Origin: an uncultured Acidobacteriota bacterium
GTDB taxonomy: Bacteria; Acidobacteriota; JAQAZP01
Assembly: GCA_963836075.1 (NCBI GenBank)
Contig: CAWIIB010000001.1
Span: forward strand, 512,001-576,000
DNA length: 64,000 bases
Reading direction: 5' to 3'
Positions within the stretch are counted from its first letter, which is position 1. Each line of letters starts with the position of its first letter. Positions 27,833-41,210 of this stretch are shown here, one piece after another. The position numbers and the translations under genes were made by a program. Under the pieces are notes generated by a model. The model did no database searches, was not told the DNA's origin, and saw nothing but the letters and a program-made list of their open reading frames with translations.

Positions 27833-28828
27833 ATGATACTGAAAGGAAAGATCTTGGAGCTTAGGGAAATATACGGGCTGATCGCTCCCAAGCTCGCTGA
27901 GGTGGAGGCGCGGCTGCTGAGCAATCTCGATTCGGACGTGCCGCTGGTTCCCGAAATCGCCAACTACATCCAGGAGAGTGGCGGCAAAAGGATCCGGCCG
28001 GCGGTCTTCCTGCTGTTCAGCGGTCTCTGCGGCTACCAGGGCGACCGGGACATCCTCTATTCAGCTGTTTTCGAGTGCATCCACACCGCAACCCTGATCC
28101 ACGACGACATCATCGACAGCGCCGAGCTGCGCCGCGGCCGGAACAGCGTCAACACCATCTGGGGCAACAACCTCAGCGTGCTCTTCGGCGACTATCTCTA
28201 CCTCAAGGCCCTCAACTGGTCCCTGGAGGACGAGAGCCTGCGGATCATCAAAATCCTCTCCTCCCTGACCACCGCCATGGTGGAGGGTGAACTGCTGCAG
28301 AGCACGCTCAACGGCAGGCTCGACATCTCGGAGGATGAATACCTGGACATCGTCACCCGGAAGACGGCCAACCTCTTTGCCGCCTGCGGCGACGTGGCCT
28401 CGATCATCGGCGAGTGCTCGGAGGAGCAGGTGGAGGCGCTGCACCACTACGGCCTCAACCTCGGCATGGCCTTCCAGATCACCGACGACCTCCTGGACCT
28501 GGAATCGGAGGCGGAGATCATCGGCAAACCGGTGAACCACGACGTGCTGGACGGCAAGCTGACCCTGCCGCTGATCCGTCTGCTCAAGGTCTGTTCACCG
28601 GAGATCCGGGAGAAGGTCGGCCAGGTGGTGAAGCGCAAACGCTTTGACGACCTGTCCCGCGAGGAGCTGCGCGGCCAGTTGAAAGAACACGGCGTCTTCA
28701 GCACCACCCGGGAGACGGTGGCCGAGTTCTGCCGCAAAGCCACCGAACGGCTGGACGTTTTCGACGACTCGCCCCAGCGCCAGGCCCTGTACACCCTGCC
28801 CGCCATCATTGCCAGCCGCCAGAAGTAG
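27833..28828 (+). CDS. Long-chain polyprenyl diphosphate synthase (IspB/HepT-like)
   Basis: GGKRIRP, HTATLIHDDIIDSAELRRG (FARM), KTANLF, AFQITDDLLD (SARM), GKLTLP. Start uncertain. Confidence 0.92.
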   Translation: MILKGKILELREIYGLIAPKLAEVEARLLSNLDSDVPLVPEIANYIQESGGKRIRPAVFLLFSGLCGYQGDRDILYSAVFECIHTATLIHDDIIDSAELRRGRNSVNTIWGNNLSVLFGDYLYLKALNWSLEDESLRIIKILSSLTTAMVEGELLQSTLNGRLDISEDEYLDIVTRKTANLFAACGDVASIIGECSEEQVEALHHYGLNLGMAFQITDDLLDLESEAEIIGKPVNHDVLDGKLTLPLIRLLKVCSPEIREKVGQVVKRKRFDDLSREELRGQLKEHGVFSTTRETVAEFCRKATERLDVFDDSPQRQALYTLPAIIASRQK

Positions 28829-28829
28829 A

Positions 28830-28872
28830 AAACCCCGCCCCGGGAACACGATTGTGCCCGGATGCGGGGTTT
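28830..28872. terminator. Bidirectional hairpin terminator between convergent genes
   Basis: aaaccccgccccggg-aaca...tgt-gcccggatgcggggttt stem with A/T flanks. Confidence 0.6.
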
Positions 28873-28888
28873 ATCACGTACGCCTGCA

Positions 28889-30808
28889 TCAGAACCAGCC
28901 GGCCGCAGCAGTGGCTCCGTGGGTCATCCCCTGGTCTCCGAAGGCCTCGAGGGAGAGCCACTCCGATGCCTGCGAACCACTGTACGTGTAAACCTTGACC
29001 CAGGTTCCGGCAGCAGGGTCAGGCCCCTGCCCCACCACGATGTCGTCCCGGCCGTCCCCGTCGAGGTCGGTTCCGGCGAAGACGCTGGCCCCGAACCGGA
29101 CCTCCGCGGACGGCCAGGCAAAGAGGTTGAGACCGGCCATGGCCGTGGCCGTACCGCCGTCCACGTTCCAACCCCGAACGTGCGCACCGAACACCGCCCC
29201 GGGACCCGCCCCGGTGACGATCTCGTCCATGCCGTCGCCATCGATGTCGCCGCAGGTCACGTTGACCCCGAACCTGTTGCTGCCGTATGCCAGGAAACTC
29301 ACGGCACTCATCGCCGCGGCCGGCCCGCCGTCGACGTTCCATCCGCGGACGTGGGGGCCGTATATGGCGCCGGGGCCGGCGCCGGTGACGATCTCGTCAA
29401 AACCGTCGCCGTCCAGGTCGCCGGCAGCCACATTCACGCCCCACTTTGGTGTACCGTAGGCGAAATAATTCACTGTCGCCAAGGCGGTCACCGATCCGGA
29501 TCCATCGTAGTTCCAGCCTCTGACGTGGGGACCGAAGACCGCCCCGGGTCCGGCGCCGGTGATGATCTCGTCAAAGCCGTCACCATCGAAGTCACCGGTC
29601 GAGACGTTCACGCCGTATTTGTTGGTGCCATAGGCCAGGAAGTTCAGCCCGGGGAGCGGCACGGCGTTGTTGTCGTGATACTTGAAACCACGAACGTGCG
29701 GACCGTAGATATCGCCCGGACCGGCACCGCAGAGAATCTCATCCCTCGGGTCGCCACCCAAGTCACCGCAGTTCACGTTGACCCCGTAACTGGACGCGCC
29801 GTATGCCGGGAACTCGTACTCGGGCTCCGCCATGGATTCCGGCGCAAACAGGCGGACCAGGGGCGGGTTGTCCTCCGCCGGGCCGGGACCAACCAGCAGG
29901 CGTGGCAACTCAGTCCGACCGCTGATATCGTAGCGGGAGAAAAAGGTCCAGATTTCCTCGGAGGCATCGATATCGTAGTTCGTTCCGGCGCCGCCGTAAG
30001 CGTTTCCCGGCCAGGTGTGGTCTCCGCCGATCACCTTGAAATGCTCAACGGCGACACCGTTGTCGCCATCGTAGTACACAATATGCTCGACCGTGCTGCC
30101 ATCTTCGGGATCGATATCGGGCAGGGCGGTGATCACAGGTAGCGGGTCGCAGTTGTCGTAGTCGACCCAGTACTCGATCACTTCATCGATCGATTTTGAC
30201 CATACCGTTCCTTCGTAGGGGACGACACTGTCGGCCGTGCCGTGAATCTGAAGGATCGGGGTTGGATGCTGCGGGTTGGCCTCGTCGTAAGTTTCGGGTG
30301 TCATCGAGCCGGTGACCGAGGCAATGGCCGCGAATCTCTCGCTCAGTTGACAGGCCAGCAGGAAACTCATGTACCCGCCATTGGACATGCCGGTGCTGTA
30401 CACCCTCGTCGCATCGATGTTGTACTCCAGCGAAAGAGCGTCGAGCAACGCCTCGGTAAACCCCACGTCGTCCACGGTGCTTCCCGTGGTCCACCCGCCG
30501 ACATTCCAGTGCGTGATGCCGGCAAACAGAGTTCCCTGGGGGTGGACCAACAAAAACCCTTCGCTGTCGGCTATCGGCCGAAAATCGCCGTAGGCCATCT
30601 GCTCACTGGCGGTACTGCCGAATCCGTGAAAGTTGAAGAGCAGCGGTACCGCCGTCGCACCCGTGTAGCCATCCGGGATGTAGAGGATATATTCCCGTTC
30701 GAGATCGTCATGCATGATCGACCCATAGACGGTTTCCTGTGCCGAACCTGGAACGGCTCCGCCGGCAAGCAGAAACATCATCACCACGGCCAGAATCGGT
30801 ATTCGCAT
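28889..30808 (-). CDS. Secreted esterase (PHB depolymerase/LpqC-like alpha/beta hydrolase) with C-terminal FG-GAP-like repeats
   Basis: Signal peptide, PLLFNFHG, DDVGF, GMSNGG nucleophile, HGTAD, GGDHTWPG; then five or more repeats of about 58 aa, GD(L/I/F)DGDG.DEI.TGAGPG..(F/Y)GPHVRG(W/F). Confidence 0.85.
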   Translation of the reverse strand: MRIPILAVVMMFLLAGGAVPGSAQETVYGSIMHDDLEREYILYIPDGYTGATAVPLLFNFHGFGSTASEQMAYGDFRPIADSEGFLLVHPQGTLFAGITHWNVGGWTTGSTVDDVGFTEALLDALSLEYNIDATRVYSTGMSNGGYMSFLLACQLSERFAAIASVTGSMTPETYDEANPQHPTPILQIHGTADSVVPYEGTVWSKSIDEVIEYWVDYDNCDPLPVITALPDIDPEDGSTVEHIVYYDGDNGVAVEHFKVIGGDHTWPGNAYGGAGTNYDIDASEEIWTFFSRYDISGRTELPRLLVGPGPAEDNPPLVRLFAPESMAEPEYEFPAYGASSYGVNVNCGDLGGDPRDEILCGAGPGDIYGPHVRGFKYHDNNAVPLPGLNFLAYGTNKYGVNVSTGDFDGDGFDEIITGAGPGAVFGPHVRGWNYDGSGSVTALATVNYFAYGTPKWGVNVAAGDLDGDGFDEIVTGAGPGAIYGPHVRGWNVDGGPAAAMSAVSFLAYGSNRFGVNVTCGDIDGDGMDEIVTGAGPGAVFGAHVRGWNVDGGTATAMAGLNLFAWPSAEVRFGASVFAGTDLDGDGRDDIVVGQGPDPAAGTWVKVYTYSGSQASEWLSLEAFGDQGMTHGATAAAGWF

Positions 30809-31328
30809 GACTTTTCCCTTCCTGCTTTCCCGGTGTATCTCTCCTGTTACTCTATTCGTCACCTACCATCCCACAGAGACCCCCGGAAATGCAAATGCGG
30901 GGCGACACCGAGGCGCTCATCAACACGTAATCGGCTTCCCCGGCTCTCCGTTCAGCCCCTGAGCGGGATTGGTGGCCGTCGGGTATTGAGCCAAAGAATC
31001 CCTACTCAGGCACCTTGACTGAGGAATAGGTTTTCCCCTAATCTTGAGCAAAATTCCTCGATCAGCAGTTCGGTCAATTGACCATGCTCATATTTTGCGC
31101 ATGGTCCATACGTTATTTGTACAGTATTCGTGAGAAGTGAACAGTCCGGAAATTCGATAAATTTCATTAAGGCCAATTGTTTCATATATATATTACCGAC
31201 ATTAGAAGAATGGCATGGAAATCGCTTTACTGAGGTGATGTGATCGATCGAACGGGAGATGGCCGTGACGGCGGGCCCCCACCACACACCGGGAGGCGGG
31301 GATTGCCGGGGAATTGCAGGGAGGCATC

Positions 31329-33661
31329 ATGGAAGCGCTGCTGATCTTGTTCCTGTTCGCCCTTTTGGCCGTGCTTGTGGTTGGCGGAATCTGCGGGATC
31401 GTGGCCCTGCAGAAGGTGTCCACCCTTCGCCGGACGATCAGGATTATCGAGGGCGAAGTCGATTCCCAGGAGCACAAACTGCGCCGGCTGGCCCAACGGG
31501 TGGCCCACAACCATGATACTGCTGACACGGAACCCGCCTCCGAACAGGACGCCGGGCAGGTTCCTCCGTTCCGTCCTCCGGGCGAGCACGAAACCGCGTC
31601 TCCCTCCCCGGAGGATGTGAGCCCTGTCGGGGAACCGGTGGGGCCTCCTCCCCCGGAGCCGCCGCAACCGCCTTCAGCGGAAAGCCCGCGCCTCTCCCTG
31701 GAGTTCATCCTCGGCACCCGTTGGTTCGTCTGGGTGGGGGTAGTTCTGCTCCTCGTCTCCGCCGTGCTCTTCGTCAAGTACGCCTACGATAATGCATGGA
31801 TCGGCCCCCAGGGGCGGCTGGCCATCGGCACGGTGGCCGGAGTGGTGGCCCTGGTTCTGGGGCAGCACTTCCGCCGCCGGGAGTACCAGGTCCTCTTCCA
31901 GAGCCTCACCGGCTGCGGCATCGGCCTCTTCTACATCTGCATCTTTGCCGCCTTCGCGCTGTTCGGGCTGGCCGGCCAGTCCACCGCCATGGTTCTGGCC
32001 GTGCTGGTCACCGTGCTGGCCGTGGTTCTCGCCGTGGCCCACAATGCCGTTTCCATCGCCATCCTCGGGCTGCTCGGCGGACTGATCAGTCCGCTCCTCC
32101 TTTCCAGCGGCGAGAACCGGCCCTACGCCCTGTTCAGCTACCTCGCGGTACTCGGCCTGATCGCCATCGGTGCCGCGCTCTACCGGCGCTGGCGGGCTCT
32201 CGATCTGCTGGCCTTCAGCGGCACGGTGATCATCTTTCAACTCTGGTTCGGCCAGCGCTACACCGCCGGCCAGGAGACACCGGCGCTCCTCTTCACCACC
32301 CTGTTCTACCTGCTCTACCTGCTCGTCCCCCTGCTGCACGGCCTGGTCCGGCAGACGCCCTCCCGGGTGGAAGAACTGGCCCTGGTGATGGTCAATGCGC
32401 TCTGGTCCGCCATCTCCTTCTACCGGATCCTGCACCAGGACCACCACCAGGTGCTGGGCTTCGTGATCCTCGGGCAGGCAGCGCTCGTCTTCCTTTTCTT
32501 CCAACTCTGGCGCAAGAGGGTGCCGGAGGACCGCTGGACCGCGGAGAGCCTGCTCATCCTCACCCTCGGCCTGGTCACCGTGGCGATTCCGATCCAACTG
32601 CGGCTCTACGGGATCCCCGTGGCCTGGGGAATGGAGGGGCTGCTGCTGACCTGGCTCGGCATCCGCTACCAGCGCCTGAGCTGCCGGGTGGGCGGAATGA
32701 TCGCCCTCCTGCTGGCCGCCGGCGGGCTGCTCTGGCGGCTGCCGCTGCACAAGGCGCTGTTCACCCCGGTGTTCAACATCCCCTTCGGCTCCTGGGTCGT
32801 GGTGATCGCCGCTGCCGCCGGGGCCGGCTGGCTGCTCTATCGCCGCGGTGAACTCCCCGGGGACGGCTGGCTGATCTCTCGCGGCAAACTCCCCGGGGCC
32901 GCCCTCAATCACGGTCCGGCCTTCCTGCTCTCCGCCCTGCTCACCTGCGGCTTGCTCACCCTGGAAGTGGCCCAGGTACCTGGGACTGGCAGCAGGTGGA
33001 GAACTTCCGGGGATACCAGGCCAGTTCCCTGACCCTGCTCTGGGCACTGTTGCCGCTGGCCACGGCCCTGGCCCTCAACCGCGAGCGGTGGAGGGCAGCG
33101 ATGCCTTTTGCCTGGTTCCTGGTCGGCTGCGGGTTCCTCGCGGTGCTGCCCGGAATGGACCACTACGGGCTCGAAGACGGCTGGCTGCTGCTCAACCTGA
33201 CCTTTGCCGCCAAACTGGCCTTTGTCCTCTCCCTCTGGCAGGTCGCCAGACTGGCGAGGAGATGCGGGACATCCCGCGCCGGTGACATCCTGGAATCGCT
33301 GGGACACGGGTTCCTCGCTATCATCCTGGCCGTCGAGATGTTGCGCTGGGCCGATCACAGCAACTGGGTCCCGGACCGGTTGGGGATCAGTCTCGTTTCG
33401 GCCACCCTTGCCCTGCAGGCGTTTGCCCTGATCTGGATCGGCCTGGCCACCAGGGTTCGGCTGCGCCGGCTCATCGGTTTCGTCCTCTTCGTCATCTGCG
33501 TGGTGAAGGTGGTCGCGGTGGACACCAGCGCGCTCCGCGAGGTTTACCGCATCATCTCTTTCCTGGCCAGTGGACTGCTGCTCATCGCCGCCGCCTACTT
33601 CTACCAGCGGTATGCCAAGCTGCTCTTGGGCACGGAGACGGGCGGGGAGGAAAACCCATGA
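31329..33661 (+). CDS. DUF2339-like polytopic membrane protein, split by a frameshift at about 32976-32980
   Basis: LEFILGTRWFVWVG...FVKYAYDNAWIGPQGR in ORF 31314..33032 and KVVAVDTSALREVYRIISFLASGLLLIAAAYFYQR in ORF 32996..33661. The frames join across cag-gtacc-tgg. Confidence 0.8.
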
Positions 33662-34983
33662 TCGGACGCAGCCCCATTATCCTGTTCCTCCTGCTGCTCT
33701 GCTGCGTGACGGTTCCGGTGACCGCTGCCTTCGACCACGGCGGCTGGAGCTGGCAGGCCCGGATTGGTCCCGGGCCGGAGTCCGAGGGCTTTGTGCGCCT
33801 GCCGCTGACCCCGGAGATCTTCGACCGCTCGCGGCCCGATCTGGCCGACCTGCGGCTTATGGACAGCAGCGGGGCTCTGGTGCCCCATGTGGTCCACTGG
33901 GGCCGGACTAAAGAGAAAGAGGACATCCGCTGGTCCCCGCTGACCTTGATCAACCGCACATTCGAGCCAGGACAGTGGGAGCGGGTGGTGCTCGACTTTG
34001 GCCGGCCGCGGCTCAAGAACCGGATCAGGCTTGCCCTTTCCGGAGATGGGTTCCGGCGCCGGGTGCAGTTGGAGGGGAGCGTGGACGGCCGGTCATGGGA
34101 GCCGGTGGCTGAACAGGGCTGGGTGTTCAGCCTGCGGCGCGACGACGAGCGGTTCGTCGCCGACACGGTGAACTTCCCGGCGAACGATTTCCGCTACCTG
34201 CGGCTGACCCTGTTCCACGATCCGGACGACCCGCGGCGGATCGGATTGGATGCGGTGGACGGCGGTTTTCGTGAACCGGTTAAGGAGCCGGAACTGATGT
34301 CGGTACCGCTGCGAAGCCTGGACCGGTCTCACGACCCGGTGCGGCGGGAGACCAGCGTGCACCTCGACCTGGGGTGGCGGAACCTGCCCCTGGCCCGGCT
34401 CACAGTAGAGTCCGGGGACGACTATTACTACCGGGCATATGAGCTTCTGGGGCGGGATGGTGAGGTGGAAACAGTGAGACGCCGCCACGAATCGGGCTGG
34501 ATCACCGAGGAGCGAGAGGCCCCCTGGCGTCCGGTGGGCCGGGGGGTGCTGCACCGGATCCACCACGGTGACCGAATCTCCGTGGCCAACACCATTGCCC
34601 TGGACCGGGTGCGCCACCGCTATCTCAAACTGGTCATCCTCGATCAGGACAATCCGCCGCTGGTAATTGAGGGTGTCGTTGTGCAGCGGCGGGAAGTGAG
34701 CCTGGTCTTCGATCACCGGCGGGATGTCGAATATTCGCTCATCGGAGGGAACCAGCAGGCCGAAACTCCGGCCTACGACCTGGCCCAGGCCGTGGACGGC
34801 GTGGACGAGAAGATCCTGCCGCAGTTGGCTGCACCGTCACAGCTCGAGATGCTGGACCACGTTCCGCCGACCCTGCCCTGGACCGAACGCTACCGGGTGG
34901 TGCTCTGGGGCGCGCTGATCCTGGCCGTGGGTCTGATGCTGCTGCTCATTTTCCGCAGCCTGGGCCAGCTTGGCCGGGATTGA
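33658..34983 (+). CDS. DUF3999-like exported protein with a C-terminal TM anchor
   Basis: Signal peptide, PDLADLRL.D..G..VPH, EGSVDG..W, I.DQDNPPL, GNQQAETPAYDL, LWGAL; ATGA overlap with the DUF2339-like gene, a commonly paired arrangement. Confidence 0.7.
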   Translation: MIGRSPIILFLLLLCCVTVPVTAAFDHGGWSWQARIGPGPESEGFVRLPLTPEIFDRSRPDLADLRLMDSSGALVPHVVHWGRTKEKEDIRWSPLTLINRTFEPGQWERVVLDFGRPRLKNRIRLALSGDGFRRRVQLEGSVDGRSWEPVAEQGWVFSLRRDDERFVADTVNFPANDFRYLRLTLFHDPDDPRRIGLDAVDGGFREPVKEPELMSVPLRSLDRSHDPVRRETSVHLDLGWRNLPLARLTVESGDDYYYRAYELLGRDGEVETVRRRHESGWITEEREAPWRPVGRGVLHRIHHGDRISVANTIALDRVRHRYLKLVILDQDNPPLVIEGVVVQRREVSLVFDHRRDVEYSLIGGNQQAETPAYDLAQAVDGVDEKILPQLAAPSQLEMLDHVPPTLPWTERYRVVLWGALILAVGLMLLLIFRSLGQLGRD

Positions 34984-35009
34984 GCCGACCGGTCTCTGAT
35001 CCACGCAGA

Positions 35010-35044
35010 AACGCCCCGCACGGCTCAAGCGGTTGCAGGGCGTT
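35010..35044. terminator. Hairpin between convergent genes
   Basis: aacgccccgca ... tgcagggcgtt inverted repeat with one mismatch. Confidence 0.45.
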
Positions 35045-35064
35045 CCGTAGATTTCCGAGCCGGC

Positions 35065-36693
35065 TCAGCCGTTTTCCGGCACCCGCATCCCGTCACCGTG
35101 CACCAGGGCGCGGTAGGTCTTTTCAATGCGGTCCCAGTTCTCCTCGCGGTCCAGGGCCCAGTGACGGCCGATCACGGTGGTCACCTTGCCCAGGCCCAGC
35201 TCCGCGGCCTTCTTCTCCATGTCGCCCACATAGCGGGCACCGGCCTCGGGCCGCTCCCCCCGCCGGCCCAAAAGGCCGTGGATGTAGACTTCCTTCACGC
35301 CCCGCTCTTTCGCCATATCCATCAGCGCGTAGAGGTGATCCAGGGAGCCGTGGGAACTGAAGAAGGAAACGATGCCCAGCAGGTGCAGGGCGGTGCCGTC
35401 CTTCTTCGCCCCGTCCATCATGGCGCAGAAGGCCGGGTTCTTGCCGAAGTCGCCGGTTTCCAGGTCGGCCTCGATGCGCAGACGGTCGGAGTAGACCACC
35501 CGGCCGGCGCCGATGTGCAGGTGGCCCGACTCGGAGTTGCCCACCGTACCTTTGGGCAGGCCCACGGCCCGGCCGTGCGCCGCCACCTGGACCCAGGGGT
35601 AGTTCTTCATCAGCTCGTCCAGCACCGGGGTGCCGGCATCCTTGATCAGGTTCCAGCCCGGATCGGCATCCGGGTCGCCGATGCCGAAGCCGTCGACGAT
35701 CATCACCAGCACCCGGCGGTCCCGGTCGCCGAGCATCCTGTGGGCAAATCCTGCCGGCAGCATGTTCGCGCCGTTCATCACTTCAGGGATATCGAGGCCC
35801 AGCAGGTCGAGGGCCGTGGGCGCCACGTTGATCAGGCTGCCGCCCTCGGGCAGCCGCAGGCCGGTGGCGTCGCAGCCCTCGGGGGGCACGACGATAAAGG
35901 GCACCGGGCTGTCGGTGTGGCCGGTGTCGATGCTCCCCTCGGGGTATTTGCGCTTTTCCACGGTACCGTGGTCGGCGATGACGATGGTGGCCACCCCGTT
36001 CTTGCGCGCGGCCTCGATCACCCGGCCGGCACAGCGGTCCACGGTCTGCACCGCCTTCTTCACCGCCTCGTCGTTCTCGATGTGTCCCACCACGTCGACA
36101 TTGGCGAAGTTGCCCACCAGCAGCTTCATCTCGGGGTCGCCGAGGTGCTTGACCAACCGGTTGGCCACTTCCTCGGCCTCCATCTGGGGCCGCTGGTCAA
36201 AGAAGTCGATATCCTTTGGCGTGGGGACGAAATCACGGGTCTCGCCATCGTAGAAATCCTGGCATTTGCCGTTGAAGAAGAACCCGAGGTGGATCGCCTT
36301 CTCGGTCTCCACCACCTTGGCCTGTTTCAGGCCGGCGCGGCTCACCACGTCGCAGAGAGTGTGTGTAAGTTTTTCCAGCGTCGGGTAGGCCACCTCGACG
36401 TCGAGCTTCGGGTCATACTCGATCATGGTGGCCCAGCGGGTCTTCATCCCCCTGGGGATTTCGAACTCGTTGAAATGCTGCTTGACGAAGGCCTCGGTCA
36501 GTTCCACTTCACGCTCGCCGCGGATATCGTAGAAAATAACGTAGTCGCCGTCGCCGATGCGCCCCACCGGGTTGCCTTTTCCATCGTCGAGCACCATGGG
36601 CTCCATGGCCTCGTCGTCCTCACCCAGGCGATACCGTTCGAGAACGGCCTGGCTCATCGGCGTCACACGTTCTGTCTTGCTAGTCTGGTCCAT
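35065..36693 (-). CDS. Circularly permuted 2,3-BPG-independent phosphoglycerate mutase-like protein
   Basis: The canonical iPGM C-half motifs (DE..EP, IGDGD.VIF, ETEK..H..FFFNG, NFANVDVVGH, ADHG, GHT.SPVP, VAPT.L) come first. The canonical N-half motifs (VLVMIVDGFG, TP.LD, VGLP.G..GNSESGH..IGAGRVV, GRHWALDRE..WDRI) come last. Confidence 0.88.
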   Translation of the reverse strand: MDQTSKTERVTPMSQAVLERYRLGEDDEAMEPMVLDDGKGNPVGRIGDGDYVIFYDIRGEREVELTEAFVKQHFNEFEIPRGMKTRWATMIEYDPKLDVEVAYPTLEKLTHTLCDVVSRAGLKQAKVVETEKAIHLGFFFNGKCQDFYDGETRDFVPTPKDIDFFDQRPQMEAEEVANRLVKHLGDPEMKLLVGNFANVDVVGHIENDEAVKKAVQTVDRCAGRVIEAARKNGVATIVIADHGTVEKRKYPEGSIDTGHTDSPVPFIVVPPEGCDATGLRLPEGGSLINVAPTALDLLGLDIPEVMNGANMLPAGFAHRMLGDRDRRVLVMIVDGFGIGDPDADPGWNLIKDAGTPVLDELMKNYPWVQVAAHGRAVGLPKGTVGNSESGHLHIGAGRVVYSDRLRIEADLETGDFGKNPAFCAMMDGAKKDGTALHLLGIVSFFSSHGSLDHLYALMDMAKERGVKEVYIHGLLGRRGERPEAGARYVGDMEKKAAELGLGKVTTVIGRHWALDREENWDRIEKTYRALVHGDGMRVPENG

Positions 36694-36746
36694 CCTTCGT
36701 CCAAGCCCCCTATTGTTTCAACTATCCTGATTCGACAAAGATGAGG

Positions 36747-36854
36747 ATTATAGGAATTCGGGGCTCGGCGGGTCAAGCAATGTCAAGCATTTATCAGCCT
36801 TTGTCTCCTCCGGCAGACACGATTATTGACTTCACCAAATGGCTGGTCTATGAT
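36747..36854. promoter_or_regulatory. Divergent sigma70 promoters (iPGM-like gene and kdsB operon)
   Basis: Minus: TTGACC (36776-71), 18 nt, TATAAT (36752-47). Plus: TTGACT (36826-31), 17 nt, TATGAT (36849-54). Confidence 0.6.
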
Positions 36855-36991
36855 TGACAGACCTCCCTAGGTCACCCAGAAATCAGGATATTTCCCGGAT
36901 TGAAACCGTCTTCCACCGCATGGTGCGTCATCCAGACGTGTGACCGATGAGCGGTGATCGGGGCTGTATTGGAGCCGGAAACAGGCCGTCC

Positions 36992-40246
<3,255 letters not shown>

Positions 40247-40250
40247 TCCG

Positions 40251-41207
40251 ATGAGTCTCGAGATCGCCCGCAAGGTGCTGGAAATCGAGGCCGACGCGGT
40301 GCGCGGCCTGATCGAGACCCTGGACGAGCGGTTCGAACAGGCCGTGGACCTGATCTTCGGCTGCACCGGCCGCACCATCCTCACCGGCATGGGCAAGTCG
40401 GGGATCATCTGCAAGAAGATCTCGGCCACCCTGGCCTCCACCGGCACACCGTCCCTTTTCCTGCACCCCGCTGAGGCGGTGCACGGGGACCTGGGCATGG
40501 TGGTGGAGGGCGACGTGGTGGTGGCCGTCTCCAACAGCGGCGAGACCGAGGAGATCACCCGCATGCTCGACCGGATCAAGCGGCTGCGCGTCCCGCTGAT
40601 CTCGCTCAGCGGCTCGCTGCAGTCCACCCTGGCCCGGTACAGCGACGTGGCCCTGCACATCCCCATCCCCCGGGAGGCCGACCCCCTGGGCCTGGCCCCC
40701 ACCGCCAGCACCACCGCGGCCCTGGCCATGGGCGACGCCCTGGCGGTGGCCCTGACCCAGCGCCGCGGCTTTCGCCGGGAGGACTTTGCCGCCTTCCACC
40801 CCGGGGGCGAGCTGGGCCGGCAGCTGCTCAAGGTGGGTGACCTGATGCACCGTGGCGACCGCGTACCCCGGGTGGGCCCGGAGACCACGCTCAAGGACTG
40901 CCTGATCGAGATGTCGGCCAAGGGCTTCGGCATGACCACCGTGACGGACGGGGACGGCTTGCTGCTGGGCATCGTCACCGACGGCGACCTGCGCCGCTGG
41001 CTGGTGCAGGACACCGACATCAGCAGCGTCACCGCCGGCCAGTGCATGACCAGGGATCCGGCCACCATCCCGGTCACGGCCCTGGCCACCCGGGCCCTGG
41101 CCCTGATGGAAGAACGGAAGATCACCTCGCTCTGCATTGTCGACGACCAGGGCACGCTGGAGGGCATCATCCACCTCCACGACCTCTGGCGAACCGAAAT
41201 GGTGTAA
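40251..41207 (+). CDS. kdsD: Arabinose-5-phosphate isomerase (SIS plus two CBS domains)
   Basis: GMGKSG, STGTPSLFLHPAEAVHGDLG, APTASTT, FHPGG, TDGDLRR. Confidence 0.95.
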   Translation: MSLEIARKVLEIEADAVRGLIETLDERFEQAVDLIFGCTGRTILTGMGKSGIICKKISATLASTGTPSLFLHPAEAVHGDLGMVVEGDVVVAVSNSGETEEITRMLDRIKRLRVPLISLSGSLQSTLARYSDVALHIPIPREADPLGLAPTASTTAALAMGDALAVALTQRRGFRREDFAAFHPGGELGRQLLKVGDLMHRGDRVPRVGPETTLKDCLIEMSAKGFGMTTVTDGDGLLLGIVTDGDLRRWLVQDTDISSVTAGQCMTRDPATIPVTALATRALALMEERKITSLCIVDDQGTLEGIIHLHDLWRTEMV

Positions 41208-41210
41208 CCG

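Noticed and set aside
28990-29800. Nucleotide-level tandem repeats resembling an array
   Set aside because: They are the coding FG-GAP-like repeats (about 174-nt period, synonymous variation), not CRISPR repeats with unique spacers.
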